A DNA stretch of 64,000 nucleotides from Pseudonocardiales bacterium (GCA_003244255.1 QHCD01000073.1:30444-94443), one strand, 5' to 3'. Shown: positions 22,928 to 32,161, counted from the first letter of the stretch. The notes: generated by a model not told the origin, from the letters alone. Numbers and translations: made by a program.

Positions 22928-23923
22928 CTACAGCCAGTCGCGGTGCTTGAAGCCGATGTAGAGCCCGACCGTGCCGACGACGATCACCACGGTACTTAAC
23001 CAGAACCCCCAGGCCTGGGAGAACCCGGGATAGGGCACGTTCTGCCCGTAGAAGCCGGTGATCGCGGTGGGTATGGCGATGATCGCCGCCCAGCTGGTGA
23101 CCTTCTTCATCACGGTGTTCAGCCGCTGGTCCTGCAGCGAGAGGTTCGTCTCATAGATGGTCGTGACCATGTCGCGCAGGCTGTCGGCCCACTCGCTGGC
23201 GCGGATGGTGTGGTCGTAGATGTCCTGGTACGACGTGCGCAGGCCATCGCCGATCAGCTCGGTGTCGCGGTGCATCAGGGTGGTCAGCACCTCACGCATC
23301 GGGAGCACCATCCGGCGGATCCGGACCAGGCTCTTGCGCAGGGTGAAGGTGCGGCGCTGCGCCTCCCTGGGTTGCGGCCGGTTGTCGAAGAGGATGTCCT
23401 CCAGGGCATCAAGCCGATCGTCCATCTCCTGCACGGCGTCGAACTGTCCGTCGACGACGACGTCGAGCAGGCCGTAGAGCAGGCCGGCGGTGCCGTTCCT
23501 GGCCAGCTCCGGCTCGCTGTCCCACCGCGCGACGATCGGCCCGACGCCGAACCACTTCTTCGACCGCACCGTCACGAGCACGTGCTTGGTGACAAAGATC
23601 GACACCTTGCAGACGTCGATGTCGCCGCCGTCGGTGAGCCGCATCGCGTGGCAGTTGACGAACAGATGGTTCTCGTATCGGTCGGCCTTGGGCCGCTCGT
23701 GGAGGCTGATCGCATCCTCGACGCTGTGCGGCTCCAGCCCGAGTTCGGCCGCGATCGTCTCGAGCGTGCCGGAGCCGGGGTCGACGACGTCGACCCACAC
23801 CAGGCCGTCGGAGTCGGCGTGCTCGGACACCTGATCGAGTGCGAAGCCGCTATCGATGATCTTGCCGTCCCGCCACGATCGCGTGTGTGCCGACCGACCG
23901 TCATCCAGCGTCTCGTCGTGCAC
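22928..23923 (-). CDS. corA: CorA-family divalent cation transporter with GQN in place of the GMN signature
   Basis: Cytoplasmic funnel domain plus two C-terminal TM helices and the loop ITGFYGQNVPYPG. GTG start. Confidence 0.85.
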   Translation of the reverse strand: MHDETLDDGRSAHTRSWRDGKIIDSGFALDQVSEHADSDGLVWVDVVDPGSGTLETIAAELGLEPHSVEDAISLHERPKADRYENHLFVNCHAMRLTDGGDIDVCKVSIFVTKHVLVTVRSKKWFGVGPIVARWDSEPELARNGTAGLLYGLLDVVVDGQFDAVQEMDDRLDALEDILFDNRPQPREAQRRTFTLRKSLVRIRRMVLPMREVLTTLMHRDTELIGDGLRTSYQDIYDHTIRASEWADSLRDMVTTIYETNLSLQDQRLNTVMKKVTSWAAIIAIPTAITGFYGQNVPYPGFSQAWGFWLSTVVIVVGTVGLYIGFKHRDWL

Positions 23924-23980
23924 AGCACCCTCCCGGCCGGTTCCGTCCCGTCATCATGACGCGCCGCGCCGGCCGGGAGG
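23921..23980 (-). promoter_or_regulatory. 12-bp GC-rich hairpin that sequesters the corA Shine-Dalgarno
   Basis: Minus-strand RNA: CCUCCCGGCCGG-28 nt-CCGGCCGGGAGG-GUGCU-GUG(start). The GGGAGG SD is the 3' end of the stem. Confidence 0.55.
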
Positions 23981-24003
23981 CGGACGTTGGCCGCGACGCC
24001 GGC

Positions 24004-24339
24004 TCAGATGTCGATCAGGGCTCGCACCTCGATCTGCCCCGACGCCGCCATCGGATGGCGGGCGGCGATCCGGCACGCCTCGTCCAGGTCGGCGCATTCG
24101 AGCAGGTCGAAGCCGGCGATCTGCTCGGCGGCCTCGGCAAACGGCCCGTCGGTGATGACCGTGCCGCCGTCGCGAACCTTGACCGTTTTCGTCGCGGCGG
24201 CTGGTGCCAGCGCCGAGCCCGTCGTCCGCTGGCCGCCGTCGTCGTAGCGCTGCACCCACGTGTCCACGGAGTCCACGGGAGCATCGGCGGGAGGCGGTGG
24301 CGCGCCGGGATCGGTACAGACGAACATGATGAACTGCAT
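24004..24339 (-). CDS. YciI-family (DGPF-type) protein
   Basis: MQFIMFVC...VITDGPFAEAAEQIAGFDLLECADLDEACRIAARHP. Confidence 0.85.
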   Translation of the reverse strand: MQFIMFVCTDPGAPPPPADAPVDSVDTWVQRYDDGGQRTTGSALAPAAATKTVKVRDGGTVITDGPFAEAAEQIAGFDLLECADLDEACRIAARHPMAASGQIEVRALIDI

Positions 24340-24449
24340 GGCTTCTCCTTCGCTCGGTCGTCAGTGCATCGTGATGACGGATGGCTGTGGGTCAATTCGA
24401 CAGCACCGCTGCACGATCCTGAACGCATCGTCGCCGGTATCGTCTCGGC

Positions 24450-24564
24450 ATGAGCACCGCCGAGCCATTCGTTACCGGCGAGGCAGCGTGAGTACCGCCG
24501 AGCCAGTCGTTACCGGCGAGGCGGCGTGAGTACCGCCGACCCGATCCTTGCCGGCGAGGCGGGC
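24450..24564 (+). repeat. three tandem 38/38/39-nt repeats, each opening with ATG/GTG, directly in front of guaA
   Basis: ATGAGCACCGCCGAGCCATTCGTTACCGGCGAGGCAGC / GTGAGTACCGCCGAGCCAGTCGTTACCGGCGAGGCGGC / GTGAGTACCGCCGACCCGATCCTTGCCGGCGAGGCGGGC, followed by ATGAGCGAT.... Confidence 0.95.
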
Positions 24565-26165
<1,601 letters not shown>

Positions 26166-26193
26166 ACCGGACGACGTTTCACCGCAAGCGCGG

Positions 26194-27120
26194 TCAGGAG
26201 GCGCTGCTGCGCAGAACTTGGCATGCCGGCGCGGCGATGATCGCCTGATGCAGGCGGACAGAGCCCGGATCGGAGGTCACCGCCGTCGCGACCTCCGGCA
26301 GCGGCTGCGCGGCAGTCCTGGTCAACCCTGCGAGCGTGACGGTGAAGGTGGCGAGCGCCGACGGATCGAGGGAATTGGCGACGCCGTCCTGCGTGTCAAA
26401 CCAGGTCCGCGCCGCCGTCGTCGCCTGGACGACGCGGGACTGGTAGCTGCTCGCGCCAGCGACGTCGGGCGCATGCAGGTTCGAAACTCTCGTGACCATC
26501 GTCGTAGTGCGTCGCAGAGCGGTGTCGAAGTAGGTCACCGCCGCAGCCTTGTCCGCCTTCGGCCCGTGGTCGCCCGAAAGCTGACTCCTCAGTCCGGTGT
26601 GCAGTCCCCGTAGCCGCGCCTGCCAGCCGCCAACCGTGGTGCACACCGAGCGTACGTAAGCGCGAACGGCACCCTGGTCGGACGGGCCGCGGAAGCCATA
26701 CCACCACGCCACGCCACCGCCGAGCAGAACGATCACGAGTAGGCCCGATACCAGCGGGGCATGCGAGTGCCGGCGATGTCGCGCGCGCGACCGGGACGGA
26801 CGCCCCGGCGGCGCTGCGGGGGATGGAGCCGCGTGTCGTACCGGCGGCGCGGCTACCGGCCGCCATGCTGGTTGGATCGGCGGTGCCGGCGGGACCGGAG
26901 GGGTAGCCCGGACGGTTCGCCACGGTTGTGGCGGTGCCGGTGCGGGACGTCGGGCAGGAGACGGCGCCGGCGAAACTTGCGGGGACGGCGGCTCGGCGGC
27001 GACGGCCTGGGGCAGCGGCGTGCCCCACAACACGTGCCGGCGAAGCACGTCGTATTCCTCGTCGTCGATGTCGCCGCGCTCACGCATCGCCTTGAGCAGC
27101 GCGATGTCGTCGGCAGACAC
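26194..27120 (-). CDS. single-pass membrane protein with a SHOCT-like N-terminal helix pair and a Pro-rich linker
   Basis: MSADDIALLKAMRERGDIDDEEYDVLRRHVL, a roughly 90-aa Pro/Ala-rich spacer, the TM segment LVSGLLVIVLLGGGVAWWY, and an extracytoplasmic domain of unknown family. Confidence 0.65.
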   Translation of the reverse strand: MSADDIALLKAMRERGDIDDEEYDVLRRHVLWGTPLPQAVAAEPPSPQVSPAPSPARRPAPAPPQPWRTVRATPPVPPAPPIQPAWRPVAAPPVRHAAPSPAAPPGRPSRSRARHRRHSHAPLVSGLLVIVLLGGGVAWWYGFRGPSDQGAVRAYVRSVCTTVGGWQARLRGLHTGLRSQLSGDHGPKADKAAAVTYFDTALRRTTTMVTRVSNLHAPDVAGASSYQSRVVQATTAARTWFDTQDGVANSLDPSALATFTVTLAGLTRTAAQPLPEVATAVTSDPGSVRLHQAIIAAPACQVLRSSAS

Positions 27121-27137
27121 GGGTGCCAGGGTAGGCC

Positions 27138-27386
27138 GTGACCGCGGGATCGGCGACCCGCTCCATTCCGCCCGGATGCAATCCGACCGGAATGCGATCC
27201 GACCAGGATGCGATCGACATTGTGCGCCCTACCCGTCCCGACCCAGCGATTCGGCGGGTAGCGCGCACAGTGATCGAACCGGGGGTCAAGACGGTCGAAA
27301 CCCATGCGTTGTCCGTGCTGCGCAAGCTGCAGCTGTCCAACCGCTACCCGCTCACCCGCTGGGCCGGTGATCGCCGGATCGTGTGA
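27138..27386 (+). other. possible degenerate LuxR/GerE-type HTH mini-ORF or gene remnant
   Basis: The tail EPGVKTVETHALSVLRKLQLSNRYPLTRWA resembles the recognition helix region (..TVKTH...I..KL...NR..L..WA). The upstream helices are poorly conserved. Confidence 0.3.
27174..27218. repeat. three tandem ~15-nt repeats upstream of the 26194..27120 gene
   Basis: GGATGCAATCCGACC / GGAATGCGATCCGACC / AGGATGCGATCGAC, 54-98 nt upstream of the start codon at 27120. Confidence 0.8.
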
Positions 27387-27390
27387 TGGA

Positions 27391-28143
27391 TCAGCGGGTG
27401 TCGACCACGAGGAACGCCTCGGCGAGGCGGCCATCGGGCAGGCCGCCGGCGCTGGCCTGAGCCGAGAGTCCTTGGCGCAGCTGCTCTTCGAGTCCGTCGA
27501 TGTGGCCGACCTGGCTGGCGTGTGCGCGCAGCGCGGCGATCTTGCGGTCGAAGGTGTCGGTGATGTCGACGTAGTGGTCGACGTCGGGGCCGGCCGTGAG
27601 CCAGACCTGCGGGACGGTCCATTCCGTCAGTCCCTCGTCGGCGAGCAGGCCTGGATGGGCAAACGGGTTGCGGGCGTCGGGATAGACAGCGCAGAGTGTT
27701 GCCTCGCCGGTGGCCAGGTGGTCAGGATGGCTGCGGGCGATGTGCTGCCAGTTGCGCAACGGCGAGGTCGTGATGACGACGTCGGGGCGGTGCCGCCGGA
27801 TCTCGCGGGTGATGTCGCGCCGGAGTTCGAGGCTGACGGCCAGCCGGCCATCGGGATAGCCGAGGAACGTCACGTCGTCGACGCCGACGGCCGCGGCCGC
27901 GGCGCGCTGCTCGGTCTCGCGCAGGCCGGCCATCTGATCGCGGGGGGTCTCGTCGAAGCCGCCGGCGCCGCCACTGGTGACGACGCAGTAGGCCACGCGG
28001 GCACCGGCTCGGGTGAACCCGGCGACGGTGCCGGCGGCGGCGAAGTCGATGTCGTCGGGATGCGCTGCGACGACGAGGACGCGCCGCGGGGTGCGGTCGC
28101 TCTCGGCGTCGTGCGCATACCAAGGCTGCCGGGCTTGGCTCAC
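27391..28143 (-). CDS. PIG-L/LmbE-family deacetylase (cytoplasmic)
   Basis: VLVVAAHPDDIDFAAAGT and VTSGGAGG motifs. Confidence 0.88.
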   Translation of the reverse strand: MSQARQPWYAHDAESDRTPRRVLVVAAHPDDIDFAAAGTVAGFTRAGARVAYCVVTSGGAGGFDETPRDQMAGLRETEQRAAAAAVGVDDVTFLGYPDGRLAVSLELRRDITREIRRHRPDVVITTSPLRNWQHIARSHPDHLATGEATLCAVYPDARNPFAHPGLLADEGLTEWTVPQVWLTAGPDVDHYVDITDTFDRKIAALRAHASQVGHIDGLEEQLRQGLSAQASAGGLPDGRLAEAFLVVDTR

Positions 28144-28175
28144 GCCGTACAGGATGTCCTACGACGCCGAAATGC

Positions 28176-28481
28176 TTACAGCGGGCCGCGACAGCTGCGC
28201 AGTACGGACTCGGCGATCGCGGCTCCGGAGTCGCCGAGCGCGCTGCGGTAGGCGTCGACCACCAGCCGCTCGCGCCCGAGCTCGAGGCGGACGCCTCCGG
28301 TCGCGATGCGGTTCTGCTGCACCTGCGCGGAGAGCCTCGCGCGCTCGGTGACCAGCGCGATGATGCCCTCGTCGAGGGCATCGATCTGCGAACGCAGGAT
28401 CGAGGTGCGGTCGTGCGGGTCAGCGGGCGGGACCTCGGGCGCCGGCTTCGCCGGCTGTGCGGCCACCGGTTCGGCGGTCAT
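28176..28481 (-). CDS. AroQ-class chorismate mutase
   Basis: LRSQIDALDEGIIALVTERARLSAQVQQNRIATGG.... The ATG at 28481 has AAGGAG 6 nt upstream. Being divergent from pcrA/uvrD matches the mycobacterial arrangement as I recall it. Confidence 0.85.
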   Translation of the reverse strand: MTAEPVAAQPAKPAPEVPPADPHDRTSILRSQIDALDEGIIALVTERARLSAQVQQNRIATGGVRLELGRERLVVDAYRSALGDSGAAIAESVLRSCRGPL

Positions 28482-28514
28482 TCGTGCTCCTTGGGCTGGC
28501 AGGCCCGACCCGGC

Positions 28515-28549
28515 GAGACGAGAAACGCCCCGGCTGAAGGCCGGGGCGT
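28515..28549 (-). terminator. intrinsic-terminator-like hairpin inside the chorismate mutase 5' leader
   Basis: Minus-strand RNA: ACGCCCCGGC-CUUCA-GCCGGGGCGU, a perfect 10-bp stem, followed by UUCUCGUCUC. It ends about 35 nt before the SD. Confidence 0.45.
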
Positions 28550-28680
28550 CGGATGGGCGTTGGTGGCTACGCGGCATCGACGGGCACCGGACTCCGGTAC
28601 CCATAAAAGAACTGCCGCGCGGTGCTGGCCACGGCGCAAGTGTGCCACATCATCCACAGCCGTGTCAGCCGGCCGTTGTC

Positions 28681-28736
28681 GAGATCCGGATTTGCCACCG
28701 GTCTGGGCGCCATCCGCGGTGGCAAATCCGGATCTC
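28681..28736. repeat. hairpin repeat, variant C (perfect 20-bp inverted repeat)
   Basis: GAGATCCGGATTTGCCACCG-16 nt-CGGTGGCAAATCCGGATCTC. The arm resembles the sub-family B arm GAGATCGCGGTTCACCACCG. Confidence 0.85.
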
Positions 28737-28741
28737 GACGA

Positions 28742-28780
28742 GGGTCAGCCGGCCGGGTCAGCCGGCCGGGTCAGCCGGCC
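28742..28780. repeat. 13-nt tandem repeat x3
   Basis: GGGTCAGCCGGCC repeated three times, then a partial GGTCGGCCGGCC. It lies 60 nt upstream of the pcrA start. Confidence 0.9.
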
Positions 28781-28839
28781 GGTCGGCCGGCCCGCGCCGG
28801 ACGCGGGTCGTCGTCGCGGCGCCGTATGGTGACCCTGAG

Positions 28840-31143
28840 ATGAGCACGAGTGTCGAACCCGCCCGCCGAACGTCGCTCGAGGACCTGCTCGTAGGGCTCA
28901 ATCCGCAGCAGCGCCAGGCGGTGGAGCACGCCGGTGGACCGCTGCTGATCGTTGCGGGAGCGGGCTCCGGCAAGACCCGCGTACTCACCTACCGCATCGC
29001 CTTCCTGCTCGGCGCGCGCGATGTCCACCCGGGCCAGATCGCTGCGATCACCTTCACCAACAAGGCCGCCGGTGAGATGAAGGAGCGGGTCGCTGCCCTG
29101 GTCGGTGGCCGGGCGCGGTCGATGTGGGTGTCGACCTTCCACTCGATGTGCGTGCGCATCCTGCGCGCCGAGGCCGCAACACTCGGCACCAAGAGCAACT
29201 TCTCCATCTACGATCAGGCCGATTCGCAGCGGCTGATGACACTGGTCGGCCGCGATCTCGATCTGGACCCGAAGCGGTTCCCGGCCCGCGCGCTCATCGC
29301 GCAGATCAGCAACCTGAAGAACGAGCTCGTCGACTCGCAGGCGTGGGCGGCGCGGGCGTCGACGGCGTCGGAGAAGGTGCTGGCCGAGGCCTACACCTCT
29401 TACCAGCGGCGATTGCGCGAGGCGGCGGCGTACGACTTCGACGACCTGATCATGGCGACGGTGAACCTGCTGCAGGCATTTCCGGCCGTCGCCGAGCATT
29501 ACCGCCGGCGGCTTCGGCACGTGCTCGTCGACGAGTACCAGGATACGAACCACGCTCAGTACGTGCTCGTGCGCGAGCTCGTGGGAGCCCCCCAACGCCG
29601 CACCGTCGACGGCGACCTCGTCGGCAGCGGCCCCGATGACGACGTTGGCGAGGAGGCTGTCCCCCCCGCTCAGCTGTGCGTCGTCGGCGACGCCGACCAG
29701 TCGATCTATGCATTCCGCGGCGCGACGATCCGCAATATCGTGGAGTTTGAGCGCGACTACCCGAACGCGACGACGGTGCTGCTGGAGCAGAACTACCGGT
29801 CGACGCAGACCATCCTCACCGCCGCCAACGCCGTCATTGCAAAGAACCCGAGCCGCCGACCGAAGAACCTCTGGTCCGACGCCGGCGACGGCGAACCGAT
29901 CCGCGCCTACGTCGCCGACAACGAGCACGACGAGGCGGCCTGGGTGAGCGGTGAGATCGACCGGCTGACCGACACCGCGGCTGTGAGCGCGAGCGACGTC
30001 GCCGTCTTCTACCGCACCAACGCGCAATCGCGTGTCTTCGAAGAGATCTTCATCCGGGTAGGGCTGCCCTATCGCGTGGTTGGCGGCGTGCGGTTCTACG
30101 AACGCCGCGAGGTCCGAGACCTGCTCGCTTACCTGCGCGCCGTCGACAACCCCGCCGACATCGTCAGCCTGCGCCGCATCATCAACACGCCACACCGGGG
30201 AATCGGCGATCGCGCGCAGGCGTGTGTAGAGGCCCTGTCGTCGCGAGATCGCATTCCCTTCGCCGACGCACTCGATCGCGTTGACGACGCGCCCGGAATG
30301 AATCCGCGGTCGGCGGCGGCGATCAAGGACTTCACCACCCTGCTCACCGAGCTCCGCGGCGTCGCGACCGCGAGCGGGCCGGCAGCGGTGCTGGAGGCGA
30401 CGATCGACCGCACCGCCTATCTTGCCCAGCTCGAGACGAGCACCGACCCGCAGGACGAGGGCCGGGTCGACAACATCAACGAGCTCGTGTCGGTGGCCCG
30501 CGAGTTCGAAGAGCAGCGCGACGGCGGCACGCTGTCCGACTTCCTCGAGCAGGTCGCTCTGGTGGCCGACGCCGATTCGGTGCCCGAAGCCACAGCTGGC
30601 GTCGTCACGCTGATGACTCTGCACACCGCGAAGGGATTGGAGTTCCCGATCGTCTTCCTCACCGGCCTGGAGGACGGCGTGTTCCCGCACCTGCGCTCGC
30701 TGGCCGATCCGAGCGAGCTGGAGGAGGAACGCCGGCTGGCCTACGTCGGCATCACCAGGGCCAAGCAGCGGCTGTATGTCTCCCGCGCGGCGACGCGAAC
30801 GGCCTGGGGGCAGCCGTCCTACAACCCGCCGTCGCGCTTCCTCGACGAGCTGCCGGATTCGCTGATCAGCTGGGAGCGCACCGAGCCGCGCCACCAGCCC
30901 GCCGCGCAGACCCGGATCGCGCGCGCGCGCCTTGCCACCGGCTCGCTGATCGGCGGCGTCGGCAACCGGCCGGTGATCTCACTCGAGGTCGGCGATCGGG
31001 TCAGCCACGACGCCTTCGGGATGGGCACCGTCGTCGAGACCGCCGGGGTCGGCGAGCGCGCGCAGGCGGCCATCGACTTCGGCTCCGGCGTCGGCACCAA
31101 GCGGCTGCTGCTGCGCTACGCGCCGGTGGAGAAGCTGTCCTGA
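28840..31143 (+). CDS. pcrA: ATP-dependent DNA helicase PcrA/UvrD (SF1)
   Basis: LNPQQRQAV, AGAGSGKT, DEYQDTN and TLHTAKGLEFP motifs. ATG at 28840; the track start at 28306 runs through the intergenic repeats. Confidence 0.95.
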   Translation: MSTSVEPARRTSLEDLLVGLNPQQRQAVEHAGGPLLIVAGAGSGKTRVLTYRIAFLLGARDVHPGQIAAITFTNKAAGEMKERVAALVGGRARSMWVSTFHSMCVRILRAEAATLGTKSNFSIYDQADSQRLMTLVGRDLDLDPKRFPARALIAQISNLKNELVDSQAWAARASTASEKVLAEAYTSYQRRLREAAAYDFDDLIMATVNLLQAFPAVAEHYRRRLRHVLVDEYQDTNHAQYVLVRELVGAPQRRTVDGDLVGSGPDDDVGEEAVPPAQLCVVGDADQSIYAFRGATIRNIVEFERDYPNATTVLLEQNYRSTQTILTAANAVIAKNPSRRPKNLWSDAGDGEPIRAYVADNEHDEAAWVSGEIDRLTDTAAVSASDVAVFYRTNAQSRVFEEIFIRVGLPYRVVGGVRFYERREVRDLLAYLRAVDNPADIVSLRRIINTPHRGIGDRAQACVEALSSRDRIPFADALDRVDDAPGMNPRSAAAIKDFTTLLTELRGVATASGPAAVLEATIDRTAYLAQLETSTDPQDEGRVDNINELVSVAREFEEQRDGGTLSDFLEQVALVADADSVPEATAGVVTLMTLHTAKGLEFPIVFLTGLEDGVFPHLRSLADPSELEEERRLAYVGITRAKQRLYVSRAATRTAWGQPSYNPPSRFLDELPDSLISWERTEPRHQPAAQTRIARARLATGSLIGGVGNRPVISLEVGDRVSHDAFGMGTVVETAGVGERAQAAIDFGSGVGTKRLLLRYAPVEKLS

Positions 31144-31995
31144 CGAGGTCGGCGGCTCCGTCGCGACCTCCGGAGCTGGCGGCAGCGGCAGTTTCGCCCA
31201 TGTCGCGTCGTCGGCCGGTGTGCTGACGACCAGGCGCAGACCCGGCGCGATGGCGACGTCGAGCTCGAGGATCTGGAAGGTGAGCGCGCCGACCTCGGGG
31301 TGAGCGATCCGGCGGGTCCGCAGCTGCGGCCCGGCGACCTCGTGGCGCGCCCACAACCTGGCGAAATGCGGGCTGAGCGCGCAGAGCCGCCGGATGTCCT
31401 CGTCCCATTCGGGATCGCCGACGTGGTTGGCATAGCCGGCCCGCATCTGCGCGACGATCAACCGCGCCTCCTCCTCGAATTCGACGATCCGCTCCCGCGC
31501 GGCCGGCTCGGTGAATACGCACCACACGGTGTTGTTGTGCAGGCACGGCAGCCGATGCCAGCCGGGGTAGAGGTTCGCCGACGCGTCGTTGCGAGCCAGC
31601 CGGTCGAGGCGGTCATTCGTGACGATCACCGGCAGCGGATCGAGCGAGCGCACGACCGCGTGCACCGCCGCGGGGACGATCGGTGTCGCGTCGCGGCGCC
31701 GGGCCGGTATCGACTCGGTCAGGCGGTACATATGCCAACGCTGGTCCCGGTCCATCCGCAGCGTCTGGGCGATGGCGTCGAGCACCTGTGCGCTGGCGTT
31801 GATCGGACGGCCCTGCTCAAGCCATGTGTACCAGGTGATACCGACGCCGGCGAGCAGCGCGACCTCCTCCCGGCGCAGGCCCGGCGTGCGACGGCGGACA
31901 CCTGGCGGCATTCCGACGTCCTCGGGCTGCACGCTCGCGCGGCGCGCCTTCAGGAACGCGCCGAGCTCCGCGCGTCGAGGCTGGGTCTGGGTCAC
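30979..31995 (-). CDS. XRE-type HTH regulator with an MmyB-like ligand-binding domain
   Basis: LGAFLKARRASVQPEDVGMP...RRTPGLRREEVALLAGVGITWYTWLEQGR. The last ~55 codons are antisense to the pcrA 3' end. Confidence 0.8.
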   Translation of the reverse strand: MTQTQPRRAELGAFLKARRASVQPEDVGMPPGVRRRTPGLRREEVALLAGVGITWYTWLEQGRPINASAQVLDAIAQTLRMDRDQRWHMYRLTESIPARRRDATPIVPAAVHAVVRSLDPLPVIVTNDRLDRLARNDASANLYPGWHRLPCLHNNTVWCVFTEPAARERIVEFEEEARLIVAQMRAGYANHVGDPEWDEDIRRLCALSPHFARLWARHEVAGPQLRTRRIAHPEVGALTFQILELDVAIAPGLRLVVSTPADDATWAKLPLPPAPEVATEPPTSSGQLLHRRVAQQQPLGADAGAEVDGRLRALADPGGLDDGAHPEGVVADPIADLE

Positions 31996-32025
31996 GGCGT
32001 CCAGTCTCGCAGCCGCTGGGCCGCG

Positions 32026-32050
32026 ATGCTGGTGCTGCCACTACCAGCAT
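32026..32050. promoter_or_regulatory. candidate operator in the regulator/MFS divergent region
   Basis: ATGCTGGT-N9-ACCAGCAT, an 8-bp perfect inverted repeat. Confidence 0.3.
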
Positions 32051-32161
32051 GTACAGGCTCTTCCTGGCGGCGGCGGTCCGGCCGCAGCCTCGATGCATGA
32101 CCACATCGCCCGCGGACCCCCGTCCTGCGCTCCTGCAGTGTGCTCGAACGGGGCTCCGCTC

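Noticed and set aside
23924-24003. M-box (Mg2+) riboswitch in front of corA
   Set aside because: The 80-nt gap is too short for the roughly 160-nt M-box, and no conserved M-box helices were recognisable. The simple SD-sequestering hairpin is reported instead.
24450-24564. CRISPR array (also considered for 9137-9235, 28742-28780 and 40234-40341)
   Set aside because: All are head-to-tail tandem repeats without unique spacers. The units are 13-39 nt, two of the arrays are in frame inside genes, and no cas genes are present.
24526-24564. GTG at 24526 as the guaA start (track ORF)
   Set aside because: This codon is simply the first codon-like triplet of the third tandem repeat unit. The preceding two units are out of frame. 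The ATG at 24565 gives a normal GuaA N-terminus. It is not excluded, so it is flagged in the findings.
28482-28604. Longer chorismate mutase ORF starting at the ATG at 28604
   Set aside because: The ATG at 28481 has a perfect AAGGAG SD and gives a protein of the usual ~100-aa AroQ size. The extension is non-conserved-looking and would have to be translated through a strong terminator-like hairpin.
28482-28839. LexA SOS box (TCGAAC-N4-GTTCGA) or RecA-independent damage promoter upstream of pcrA/uvrD
   Set aside because: No match to either motif was found by eye in the intergenic region. TCGAAC occurs only once, inside the coding region at about 28852, without a partner half-site.
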